From IMG/VR virus record IMGVR_UViG_3300025697_000003: 64,000 bases of DNA; one strand, 5' to 3'. Source of the DNA: a virus. The position numbers and the translations under genes are program-made. Each line of letters starts with the position of its first letter. Within the stretch, counting starts at the first letter, position 1. Below, piece after piece: positions 18,369-26,667 of the stretch. A model generated the notes under the pieces. It ran no database searches, was not told the origin of the DNA, and saw only the letters and a list, made by a program, of their open reading frames with translations.

Positions 18369-18925
18369 AACTCTACACGAAGAAGACTGTTGTATTGATC
18401 GCGTTGTTCGCCATCCTCTTATCAGGGACGGCACTAATCATCGGATGCAATGACGAGAAGCCGCCTGCGCCTCCGCCGGTCGTTGTCAATCAAACTCCCA
18501 TTGCTTATCCGCCGTTTGTGGTGGCTACCTCGCAGACTACGCGCTCGCCAGTGACATTGGACGTTCGGTATAGGACGCAGGGTTGTGACGCAAGCGGACA
18601 TCCGACAAGCGTAACCGGGGCGATTGACCGCGACGGCGACTTGTTGGAATACCGATTCACTTGCGAGTGGTCGGTGTTCGAGAAGGACACAGACAGAAAG
18701 GTGAACGGCCAGTGGGTTACGTTCGACACTGAGACGAATCCTAATGGCATTTCAGAGCAAGTGTCTGTGGTCGAGTTGTGGGTTGGATGGACGCAAGACT
18801 ACCCTCTGATGCCGATAAGTCCTGCGGCGTGCAGCCCTGTTACTGGGGCTGTGACATTCACTTACGAGGTTCGTGATGTACATGGAGCGGTTGCCAGCCA
18901 TACGGTATTGCTTGGCTCGCCGTGA
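18365..18925 (+). CDS. lipoprotein
   Basis: ATGA overlap. Signal plus lipobox LIIGC (MKLYTKKTVVLIALFAILLSGTALIIGC). Confidence 0.55.
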   Translation: MKLYTKKTVVLIALFAILLSGTALIIGCNDEKPPAPPPVVVNQTPIAYPPFVVATSQTTRSPVTLDVRYRTQGCDASGHPTSVTGAIDRDGDLLEYRFTCEWSVFEKDTDRKVNGQWVTFDTETNPNGISEQVSVVELWVGWTQDYPLMPISPAACSPVTGAVTFTYEVRDVHGAVASHTVLLGSP

Positions 18926-19107
18926 CAGTCACATAAGGTGCTAATGATCCAAGGCGGCTGTTCTACCGCTATGACGGCCCATCCGGGGGACGGTACATGA
19001 CCAATACCGGGCGCACGTCACTCTCTTCAGACGTGAGGAGTGCAAAGCGTGGCGTGAAAGACAGAGAGCTGGGCACCCAGCCGCCAAGGATCAACAGGAG
19101 GATGAAA

Positions 19108-19548
19108 ATGTTCAGCAACATGAAAGCAGCGATCGTCAAACGCTACAAAGAAATGAAACTGCAACTCACCATTCGATTCAAAGACGGACGTGATGAACTG
19201 GCCCTCTATCGGCTTGAGCGAGATCACGGCATGTCAATCCTGTGGGTGCCATCTAAGAAGCAGTGGGTTAGAGCGCGAGCTCTGTACTGGGGGCAGAAGA
19301 ATGTCCTTGTGCAGTTCGTGGATGGAGAAGAGAAGACAGGGTATCGATCCCCGTTGAGCATTCGTCGCAGAGATCCTGTGTGCAGACAGGGAGACAAACC
19401 ATCTGAGGATGCCAAGTATTCTGGTAATCGAGGGCATGGTAATCCGGCATGGCTACATGACATGGCTGTCTCTGGATACCGAACATCATTGACAGTCATG
19501 CGGCTTGTCTCTGCAATGAGTCAGTATGAAGGAGGCACCCATGGCTAG
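19108..19548 (+). CDS. hypothetical protein
   Basis: AGGAGG RBS 8 nt upstream. The second half has weak protein-like character. Confidence 0.35.
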   Translation: MFSNMKAAIVKRYKEMKLQLTIRFKDGRDELALYRLERDHGMSILWVPSKKQWVRARALYWGQKNVLVQFVDGEEKTGYRSPLSIRRRDPVCRQGDKPSEDAKYSGNRGHGNPAWLHDMAVSGYRTSLTVMRLVSAMSQYEGGTHG

Positions 19549-19804
19549 ATTCATGACGCGAGAAGTCGAGGGGCTCTTCAAGAAGCTGGCTGATGCAGCG
19601 GGGGACAACATTGCTGTCAACATGCGTGTCGAGCGGTGGAAACATATAGACTCTCTTCCTGCAGAAGCACAAGTCGCCGTTTCAATCTTGAATAAGAGAA
19701 GCCGCTGTGAGCAGTTCGACCAGGAAGACTACTCATCTCTTGAAGTGATGGTAGTAGAGGTGCTTGCCAAGATCAGAGAATGGAGGGCTAATGAAGAATC
19801 TTAG
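19541..19804 (+). CDS. hypothetical protein
   Basis: GAAGGAGG RBS 5 nt before ATG 19541. Confidence 0.5.
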   Translation: MARFMTREVEGLFKKLADAAGDNIAVNMRVERWKHIDSLPAEAQVAVSILNKRSRCEQFDQEDYSSLEVMVVEVLAKIREWRANEES

Positions 19805-21584
19805 ATTCGTCCCAGCGGAGATGGCTGGCATCATCAGACGCATTGAAGATAATCCGTTCGTTGGTGACAAGGCCCCAAAGTGGGAAACTAAGGTTGATTC
19901 TGTACTATCTGTCGGCATTTACCCGTCGAGGACACAGGCGAAGAAAGAGTATCGGTGTACAGTCCTGTATGACAACACCGAAGGGCCGCAAGGCCAGTGT
20001 TCATGCAGAGGATGGTCACAGTCGAAGAGGGCTGAAGGCCCGTCGAAGCCATGTATCCACATCGTAGACAATCTGATCAGACAGCCGTGGTTCAAGATTG
20101 AGGAGCAACTCGATCTTGGCGAACTGGACATTGCGAAGGGGAAGGTTGCTCGGAAGGCGAAGAAGGAAGCTAAGGAGATTGCAATCGTCGAGCCAGAGGT
20201 CAAGGTCAAGCGCAAGAAAGGTAGCGATGCTGTTGCCGTGATTGCCGAAGACGAGATGCACTTTGGAGCAAGCAGCACGCCACTCCTCGTTGCATGTCCA
20301 GCAAGCTACGTCAGCCCTTCTGAGGCGACAACGATTGTCAGATCGTTCGGGCAGCCGGCGAGCCTTGGGACGGTCATTCACACTGCTGCAGAGTTGATCG
20401 TTGGAGATCGATTGACAGAGCCTCCTGATATGAGCAAGCAACTTGAAGACGCAGGAGTAATCGATCCTGCTCTGCTTGCCGACGTGCCTGGACTTCTATG
20501 GGCTGTCATCAACGAGTGGAACGGTGGCAACTACGACGACCGTGAACCACTGAAGTCGTACTTCAGCACTGTTGACCTTGAACAGCGTTTCTCGATTGAG
20601 ATGCACCCGAAGAACCCGAGGACGGACGAGCGGAAGAAGATCACCGTAACTGCGATCCTCGACTTCAATGGGCAAACGAATATCGAAGGTCATTGGCTGA
20701 TCGGTGATTGGAAGTCGAATCGCAAAGAAGACGAGCCGTACTACGCCGAACAGATGCGGATGAACGCCGCTGCACTTATGATGAATGACAAGTCCGTGAA
20801 CAAGGTGACTGTCATCCTCGTGTGGCTGAGACATGGATCCAGGACAGTGCGAACGTATACGCGAGAACAGATAAGAGACTGGATGAAGGTACTCGTTAAG
20901 CGAACGCTGTTCTGGGATGGTCGAACCTACGTCACTGGCGATCACTGCCTGTACTGTCCTCGGACGTTCACATGCGAAGGTCGAAAGACGCAACTGAGAA
21001 ACTACGTTGACATCATGGGCAACATCGATACTGACATGCTGCTACATGACGACACAGGGACGTTGCTTGCACCTGACGAGCTACAACGGCGCCTGACGGT
21101 CTGCAAGGCGTTCAGGAAGATCGACAAGGGATACGTGGATGCTCTCAAGGTATTGCTGTCAGAGGGTGGAGCAAGGCCGTTGGCTGATCAACCTGGATTC
21201 GAACTCGCACTCAAAGAGAAGAGAGGGGCGTTGAAGATTGATGCTGCTGCTGGATGGCCGACGTTCATGGAGTACGTCACGGCAGAGCAAATATCTCCTG
21301 CGCTGTCGATCAGCAAGACGAAACTTGAAGCTGCTGTGAAGGGAGCGACGAAGGATTGTGAAGCGTGTGGTGGGACAGGGAACGGGAACAGTTTGGCAGA
21401 TCCTAACTCTGATGTAGCGTGCGAAGCCTGCAACGGAACCGGAGAGGTTGAAGTCTACGGTCGAGGGAAGAAGGGTGCGGCTGTCAAGGAATTGATGGGC
21501 AAGCTAGAGGATCGTGAAGTAGCGAAGCGTGGGAAATCATCTCACGAAGTTGTGGTACAGAAGATCAAGGAGTTGAAGTCATGA
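19791..21584 (+). CDS. SWIM zinc finger / PD-(D/E)XK Cas4-RecB-like exonuclease with Fe-S cysteines and DnaJ-type zinc finger
   Basis: CSCRGW...CIH (SWIM). ILDF...IGDWKS nuclease core. C...CLYCPRTFTC four-Cys pattern. CEACGGTG...CEACNGTG. It lies upstream of the RecT-like gene. Confidence 0.6.
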   Translation: MKNLRFVPAEMAGIIRRIEDNPFVGDKAPKWETKVDSVLSVGIYPSRTQAKKEYRCTVLYDNTEGPQGQCSCRGWSQSKRAEGPSKPCIHIVDNLIRQPWFKIEEQLDLGELDIAKGKVARKAKKEAKEIAIVEPEVKVKRKKGSDAVAVIAEDEMHFGASSTPLLVACPASYVSPSEATTIVRSFGQPASLGTVIHTAAELIVGDRLTEPPDMSKQLEDAGVIDPALLADVPGLLWAVINEWNGGNYDDREPLKSYFSTVDLEQRFSIEMHPKNPRTDERKKITVTAILDFNGQTNIEGHWLIGDWKSNRKEDEPYYAEQMRMNAAALMMNDKSVNKVTVILVWLRHGSRTVRTYTREQIRDWMKVLVKRTLFWDGRTYVTGDHCLYCPRTFTCEGRKTQLRNYVDIMGNIDTDMLLHDDTGTLLAPDELQRRLTVCKAFRKIDKGYVDALKVLLSEGGARPLADQPGFELALKEKRGALKIDAAAGWPTFMEYVTAEQISPALSISKTKLEAAVKGATKDCEACGGTGNGNSLADPNSDVACEACNGTGEVEVYGRGKKGAAVKELMGKLEDREVAKRGKSSHEVVVQKIKELKS

Positions 21585-21814
21585 AAGTTACTGAGCTAGT
21601 AGGACAGCGATGCTTGCTGCTGGTATCCGGGTTGAGATATTCGAGACAGAATGATGTTCAAGAATATCGTGTTCTTGAAGCATCTCCATCTGGTAATTGG
21701 ATTAGACTGATGAATGCCTTTGGGAATAAGTTCTGGAAGCCGGTTGGAGAGGTATCTGTCGCGGAAGTGTTGCAGGAACTTATTCCGTGTAAGCGTGAGG
21801 AGGAAGCAAAATGA
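21581..21814 (+). CDS. hypothetical protein
   Basis: ATGA overlap. 77-aa ORF. Confidence 0.5.
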   Translation: MKVTELVGQRCLLLVSGLRYSRQNDVQEYRVLEASPSGNWIRLMNAFGNKFWKPVGEVSVAEVLQELIPCKREEEAK

Positions 21815-22011
21815 ACTACGAAATTGAGAAAGGCATCGAAATCCCAGCAACAACGAAGAAGTATCCGTGGAACGACATGGAGGTCGGAGATTCATTCTTC
21901 ATCCCTGACGGAGAGAAGCAAGGTGCTTCTGCGTCACATCGGACTCGGTACGGCGAGGCGCACGTAACACGGAAGGTTGAAGGCGGCATTCGAATCTGGC
22001 GGACGAAGTAG
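21811..22011 (+). CDS. hypothetical protein
   Basis: ATGA overlap. 66-aa ORF. Confidence 0.5.
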   Translation: MNYEIEKGIEIPATTKKYPWNDMEVGDSFFIPDGEKQGASASHRTRYGEAHVTRKVEGGIRIWRTK

Positions 22012-22021
22012 GAGGCTGAGT

Positions 22022-22783
22022 ATGACTGAGAAGCAGACCGGAACTGATGTTGTTGAAGCTCCAAAGGCATCGTTGCTGATGAAGTTCGGGGCAAAGTATT
22101 CCGTTGACCCGATTAAGATCTACGAGACGCTGTGCAAGACGGTGTTCAAGGAGGCAAAAACAGAAGAGCAGGTTATGGCTCTCCTCGTTGTGGCCGACCA
22201 GTACAATCTCAATCCGTTTACGAAAGAGATATTCGCATTCCCTGACAAACACGGTGGAGTTGTGCCAGTTGTCGGAATCGATGGCTGGAACCGGATCGCT
22301 CAAGAGCATCCTCAATTTGATGGCGTTGAACTACGATATTCTGACACCATGGTCAAGCCATCTGAGAAAGCGAAGGAATGTCCAGAGTGGGTTGAAGCTG
22401 TCGTCTACCGCAAGGACCGTGAGCATCCTGTAACGATACGTGAATTCATCGATGAATGTTTCCGTCCGACTGGTCCGTGGGAGAGCCACACGAAGCGTAT
22501 GCTGCGTCACAAGGCACTGATCCAGGGATATCGAACAGCCTTCGGATTTCACGGTATATATGACCAAGATGAGGCGGAACGGTTCATCGACGTTGATTCA
22601 ACGATCGTTGGTCCACCAGAAGAAGGACGTCAAACGAAGCACGGCGCTGAATCGATTGAGAAGTCGTTGTCGGGGAAAGTGGAGCAAGAGGGCGCATCTA
22701 CCGGCAAAAAGGAAGCAAAGACCATTGAGCTTGATCCTGGGCCTGATGTGAAGCCAGAGGACGACGACGGGATTGACCTCTAA
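22022..22783 (+). CDS. recT: RecT/Bet-family single-strand annealing protein
   Basis: AGGAGG RBS. LVVADQYNLNPFTKEIFAFPDKHGGVVPVVGIDGWNRIAQEHPQFDG is typical of RecT/Bet. Confidence 0.75.
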   Translation: MTEKQTGTDVVEAPKASLLMKFGAKYSVDPIKIYETLCKTVFKEAKTEEQVMALLVVADQYNLNPFTKEIFAFPDKHGGVVPVVGIDGWNRIAQEHPQFDGVELRYSDTMVKPSEKAKECPEWVEAVVYRKDREHPVTIREFIDECFRPTGPWESHTKRMLRHKALIQGYRTAFGFHGIYDQDEAERFIDVDSTIVGPPEEGRQTKHGAESIEKSLSGKVEQEGASTGKKEAKTIELDPGPDVKPEDDDGIDL

Positions 22784-23142
22784 TGCACCACTCCTCGATT
22801 GACAACGAGGAGACAGTTACCGCAAGGCTCTATGCGATTATGTCAGCGCCAGGAGCTCTCGGGGAGTGGCACGATCCGTTGTCACTCCTCGCGGCTCTGG
22901 ACAGAAAGTACGGAATCAAGGTGACTGCGATCTCCACGTACATGTCGTCTATCCGTGGACAGTTGCGAGATGTATTCCCAGACTGGTGCCAGGAACTCCA
23001 GGGGCCTAGAGACTGTCAACCGACCGCTGATGAGCGAAAGGTGCTAGGCAAAGGGAACTTCTACCGTGTCAGAAAGATAACCAAGGTTGTTGAACAAGTG
23101 CCGATGTCGTTTATGAATGGCATTCCATGGAGGGACACATGA
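22783..23142 (+). CDS. hypothetical protein
   Basis: TAATG overlap. 119-aa ORF. Confidence 0.5.
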   Translation: MHHSSIDNEETVTARLYAIMSAPGALGEWHDPLSLLAALDRKYGIKVTAISTYMSSIRGQLRDVFPDWCQELQGPRDCQPTADERKVLGKGNFYRVRKITKVVEQVPMSFMNGIPWRDT

Positions 23143-23351
23143 GCGATGCAGAATTGAATGGGGGTGTGACGACCGAAGCTGATCGACTAATCAGCGCGTT
23201 TGTTGAAGGTGCAAAGTGGTGGGAGTTCCACGAGAAGAAGGCGACAATGTGGCAGACAGATCAGCACCTTGCAGAGACAACAGCGGAGTGTCGGCTTGCT
23301 GCTGGCATCCTTGGTCTAGATTGCGACTCGCAACGAAAAGGACAACGATGA
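23139..23351 (+). CDS. hypothetical protein
   Basis: GGAGGG RBS and ATGA overlap with the upstream stop. Confidence 0.45.
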   Translation: MSDAELNGGVTTEADRLISAFVEGAKWWEFHEKKATMWQTDQHLAETTAECRLAAGILGLDCDSQRKGQR

Positions 23352-23482
23352 AACTTCATCCTGAATTTGAACGTATCCGCCAAGAGACCCAGTCGGCTAC
23401 AGCCATAGCTGACAGAAAGATACGGGAATCATTGGCTGCTGAGAGAAAGGATCTGAGGAAGGACACGCCATGTTCTACTTGA
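23348..23482 (+). CDS. hypothetical small protein
   Basis: ATGA overlap. 44 aa. Confidence 0.35.
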   Translation: MKLHPEFERIRQETQSATAIADRKIRESLAAERKDLRKDTPCST

Positions 23483-23661
23483 TCCTCAACGCGGTCCTCA
23501 TCACTGCAATGTTCATGTGTCACGGGTACGAACAGAACTTGCAGCTATGGCTGATCTTCGACGACGTGAGATGGAATGCTGAATTCTCGTTGGCTGAGGA
23601 CAAGACAAGGGCTGAGAACAGACTGAATTATCTGGCGTATTACAGGCGCGGCTTGGAATGA
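23470..23661 (+). CDS. small membrane protein
   Basis: Hydrophobic N-terminus FYLILNAVLITAMFM. Confidence 0.4.
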   Translation: MFYLILNAVLITAMFMCHGYEQNLQLWLIFDDVRWNAEFSLAEDKTRAENRLNYLAYYRRGLE

Positions 23662-23685
23662 GGGAGGCGGCAGAGTACAATGCAA

Positions 23686-23753
23686 TATGTAGGTGGGGCT
23701 CGCCGGGGCCTTGCTTGCAAGTCGTCCCCGTAAGGGGCGACCTCACCTACATA
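23686..23753. other. 68-nt compound hairpin upstream of the replication initiator gene
   Basis: 13-bp outer stem TATGTAGGTGGGG / CCTCACCTACATA encloses inner hairpins, including TCGTCCCC-GTAA-GGGGCGA. No U tract. Confidence 0.5.
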
Positions 23754-23781
23754 CGTACTCTACCTTACGGGAGTTGATGTA

Positions 23782-24693
23782 ATGCCAGCAAAAGGCACGA
23801 CACGGCGAGAACCGTGGAACCCAATACTCAAATCATATCCATTCAGTGAACGAGTAAATGCTGTCTCTGTTGGCGCAGAAACCCTGTTCACACGTCTGGT
23901 CGCTCAGGCAGACGATTATGGCAACTACTACGGCAGTCCAGTCAAGATTCTTGCATACCTATATGGTCATCGCTTTGCTGCGGGGCACGTTACCGCTACG
24001 GATACGGGCCGTTGGCGTACCGAACTCGTATCGAACAAGGTCGGACCACTCATTTGCATGTACTCGATTCAGGGTGAAGAGTACCTCCATTTGATCAATC
24101 CGAGGAGAAGGATTCGCAAGGATGTTGCCCCCGATATTAGGTTTCCTAGAGAACCAGCAAACATAGAAGAGAAGGCTATTCTAGAACAACGTATCGAAAA
24201 CGGGCCGGGGACGGGCCGTGGACGGTGCGCTAGACTAGACCTAGACCTAGACAAGACCCAGACTAGACTAGACCCAGAAAAACTATTGGTCGAAAAAGAT
24301 TCGACCGATCTATTCGAAATCTTCTGGAAAGAATTCCTAACCATGAAACGCAATGACGGGAAGATAGCAGCAAGAAAAGCATGGATCACTACCACCGTGA
24401 ATGGACGAACTGGGAAAGTGAATGGACACAAGCCGATTGATCCATCTGTGATCTTAAATGCGGCAAAGAATTATCGGGAATTCTGCATTGCCGAAGGGAC
24501 AGCACCGAACATGATCAAACTTCCTGCTACGTTCGTTGGGCCTGATCGCCACTGGGAAGACTGGAAGAACCATCGAAAGCCATCGAGCAACGGTAGCGGC
24601 GGCAATAGCGGCAAGCGACTGATAGACACAGGTGGATACCGTCACGGCAAAGAGGATTTTCTGAGGACAAATGATAGCAAGGAGGAATCATGA
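23782..24693 (+). CDS. replication initiator / replisome organiser (lambda O-like arrangement)
   Basis: Sits directly upstream of the DnaC-like loader. An iteron array lies inside the ORF. No strong protein motif was recognised. Confidence 0.5.
   Translation: MPAKGTTRREPWNPILKSYPFSERVNAVSVGAETLFTRLVAQADDYGNYYGSPVKILAYLYGHRFAAGHVTATDTGRWRTELVSNKVGPLICMYSIQGEEYLHLINPRRRIRKDVAPDIRFPREPANIEEKAILEQRIENGPGTGRGRCARLDLDLDKTQTRLDPEKLLVEKDSTDLFEIFWKEFLTMKRNDGKIAARKAWITTTVNGRTGKVNGHKPIDPSVILNAAKNYREFCIAEGTAPNMIKLPATFVGPDRHWEDWKNHRKPSSNGSGGNSGKRLIDTGGYRHGKEDFLRTNDSKEES
24230..24306. repeat. candidate replication origin: nine (C)TAGAC/CCAGAC iterons, then an A-rich stretch with inverted repeat
   Basis: cTAGACTAGACCTAGACCTAGACAAGACCCAGACTAGACTAGACCCAGA, followed by GGTCGAA-AAAGA-TTCGACC. 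Confidence 0.55.
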
Positions 24694-25355
24694 TCAGCGG
24701 GACAACCATTGGAGACAGATATGCGGCAACAAGTTTTGACACATTCGAGGCTACGAATCAATCTGGCAACAAGGCGCTTGAAGCGTGTAAGAGATTGGCA
24801 AGCGGCAAATCAGATGGTGTCATCCTGTGCGGACCTGTTGGCACTGGAAAGACGCACCTGCTGATCTCAACAGTGAAAGAGTTCAATCGGCTGCGGACTT
24901 ACATCCCTGCTGAAGAGAGCGGACCTGAAATTGAAGTGCCTCCGATTGCAGACTTGATGGCTGGACAGTATGGAGAAGTCGATAGATCTGCACCGTACTT
25001 GACGCGAGCAGAGATATCCGTTGTCGCCAAGGTCCACTACTGGATGATCTTGGATCTTGCCAAGGCGTTGAGGGACGATGCGCTTGACAGCCACGGAACG
25101 ATGACAGAAGAGTGCATGACGTGCCATCTGTTGGTCATCGACGATCTTGGGAGAGAGAAGGAATCCGAGTTCCTTCGACAAGAGATCGAGAGGGTCATCG
25201 ACTTTAGATATCGCCAGATGTTGCCGACAGCAATCGCTACGAATCACAAACTTGATGAACTGTATGACGTGTACGGCGAACACATGATGTCGAGGCTGCA
25301 GCAATCGTGCGAGATCGTTGAAGTTCTTGGGAATGACTATCGCAGGAAGAGTTGA
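24690..25355 (+). CDS. DnaC/IstB-like AAA+ helicase loader
   Basis: Walker A LCGPVGTGKTHL and Walker B LLVIDDLGRE. ATGA overlap with the initiator gene. Confidence 0.8.
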   Translation: MISGTTIGDRYAATSFDTFEATNQSGNKALEACKRLASGKSDGVILCGPVGTGKTHLLISTVKEFNRLRTYIPAEESGPEIEVPPIADLMAGQYGEVDRSAPYLTRAEISVVAKVHYWMILDLAKALRDDALDSHGTMTEECMTCHLLVIDDLGREKESEFLRQEIERVIDFRYRQMLPTAIATNHKLDELYDVYGEHMMSRLQQSCEIVEVLGNDYRRKS

Positions 25356-25386
25356 AAAACAGAACCTAGAACCAAAGGAGAGAACC

Positions 25387-25860
25387 ATGAAAATGAAGAT
25401 CGTCGTAGCAGCATTGCTACTGAGTTTGTTGGTATCGTTGGCTGGATGCACGTTGTTCGAACGTGAGGCTGTTAGTATCGAGATGCGATGGGTTCCGAAT
25501 GTTCGCAGCACGGGGATGAGCCACTGGTTGCCGAAAGTTCTGTTGGCGGCAGAGGTTGATCCATCGCCGGAATACAACGTCGGGCATGAATGGGTAATCG
25601 ACTGGGGCGACGGAACGACCGACCAGTGGAGCGACAACACGCACAACCAAACTGTTGATCCGTGGGGGAACACTCGTGTTGGTGTAGTTCACAAGTTCCA
25701 GCTACCAGGGACGTACACAGTGGTCGTGTCCTACGATGGCCGTGACGTCGGTAAAGGAACCTTGGACGTTGAGCTCCAGGAGTTCGCTCCATCGTACACC
25801 TACGATGAAGACGGCAATCGCCAGCTAGTCGTACTTGATCCATGGACGGTGGGAGAATGA
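25387..25860 (+). CDS. PKD-domain lipoprotein
   Basis: AAGGAGAG RBS. Lipobox LAGC. PKD-like WVIDWGDGTTDQW...HKFQLPGTYTVVVSYDG. Confidence 0.6.
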   Translation: MKMKIVVAALLLSLLVSLAGCTLFEREAVSIEMRWVPNVRSTGMSHWLPKVLLAAEVDPSPEYNVGHEWVIDWGDGTTDQWSDNTHNQTVDPWGNTRVGVVHKFQLPGTYTVVVSYDGRDVGKGTLDVELQEFAPSYTYDEDGNRQLVVLDPWTVGE

Positions 25861-25982
25861 AACCTGGCGTTCCACGAATAATCGGCGGATTGATTGCGAT
25901 GGGAGTCATCATCACCGCTTGCTACTGGATCCTCGTGTTCCTGTACAAGATCGCTGGTCTGATCGTTCGGGGGATCGCATGA
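25857..25982 (+). CDS. small single-TM protein (41 aa)
   Basis: ATGA overlap at both ends. MKPGVPRIIGGLIAMGVIITACYWILVFLYKIAGLIVRGIA. Below the ORF-track cutoff. Confidence 0.4.
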   Translation: MKPGVPRIIGGLIAMGVIITACYWILVFLYKIAGLIVRGIA

Positions 25983-26242
25983 AGATGGAGTTGACCAAGA
26001 CGATACCTGCTCACACGAGGACGTGGAGAGCAAAGTGGTGCAAGCTCGACTACAAGCGGATGTCAATTAGCTATCGGATACTCAGAAAAGGCGAACATGT
26101 TGACACGCTATCATGCCATTGGTGCAAGCGTTCACACCTAAACGGAGAGATGATGGCATTGGCAAATTTCGTCCGTGTAGGAAACCGCACTCTATGCCAG
26201 AAGTGCGCGAAGGAATTGATGAGCGGGGATGACGATGCCTGA
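25979..26242 (+). CDS. small Cys-containing (zinc-binding?) protein
   Basis: CHWC...CQKC pairs. Confidence 0.45.
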   Translation: MKMELTKTIPAHTRTWRAKWCKLDYKRMSISYRILRKGEHVDTLSCHWCKRSHLNGEMMALANFVRVGNRTLCQKCAKELMSGDDDA

Positions 26243-26666
26243 CACCAGGATATGCACGACTGAAGCAGCAAAGATCATGGGATGCTCTGTAACCGCTGCA
26301 AGAGATCGTGCTATGAGATTAAAATGGGATATAGAACTCATGCCTAATCCTAACGGCGGGCAGAAGCGCCTTATGTACAAGCGGTCTACGGTGGCGGCGT
26401 ATGGGGCCAAAGAAGAGAAGTGTAAGACTTCGTTGAGATACACCAGGCCGCATGAGATACGGGATCTCGTTGAGTGGGCAAACGGGCTCAGGTGCTGGCC
26501 GTTGCGTAATGTGGCCATCAGAGCCAGGGTTAGCATCCTCTATCAGGAGAAGGACATCGAGGGCGTGATTGATACGAGGGTGTTTCGGAAGAAGGCTGAC
26601 GGCGAGTATTTTCGTGCGCTGCGCGAGCCAGCGATGAAGCGTGAAGATTCGATACTAGGAGGATGA
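26235..26666 (+). CDS. HTH protein (excisionase/MerR-like N-terminus)
   Basis: ICTTEAAKIMGCSVTAARDRAMRLKW resembles Xis-type HTH. Confidence 0.4.
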   Translation: MPDTRICTTEAAKIMGCSVTAARDRAMRLKWDIELMPNPNGGQKRLMYKRSTVAAYGAKEEKCKTSLRYTRPHEIRDLVEWANGLRCWPLRNVAIRARVSILYQEKDIEGVIDTRVFRKKADGEYFRALREPAMKREDSILGG

Positions 26667-26667
26667 G

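Noticed and set aside
24867-25673. 268-aa minus-strand ORF.
   Set aside because: It is antisense to the DnaC-like gene (clear Walker motifs) and to the PKD lipoprotein gene.
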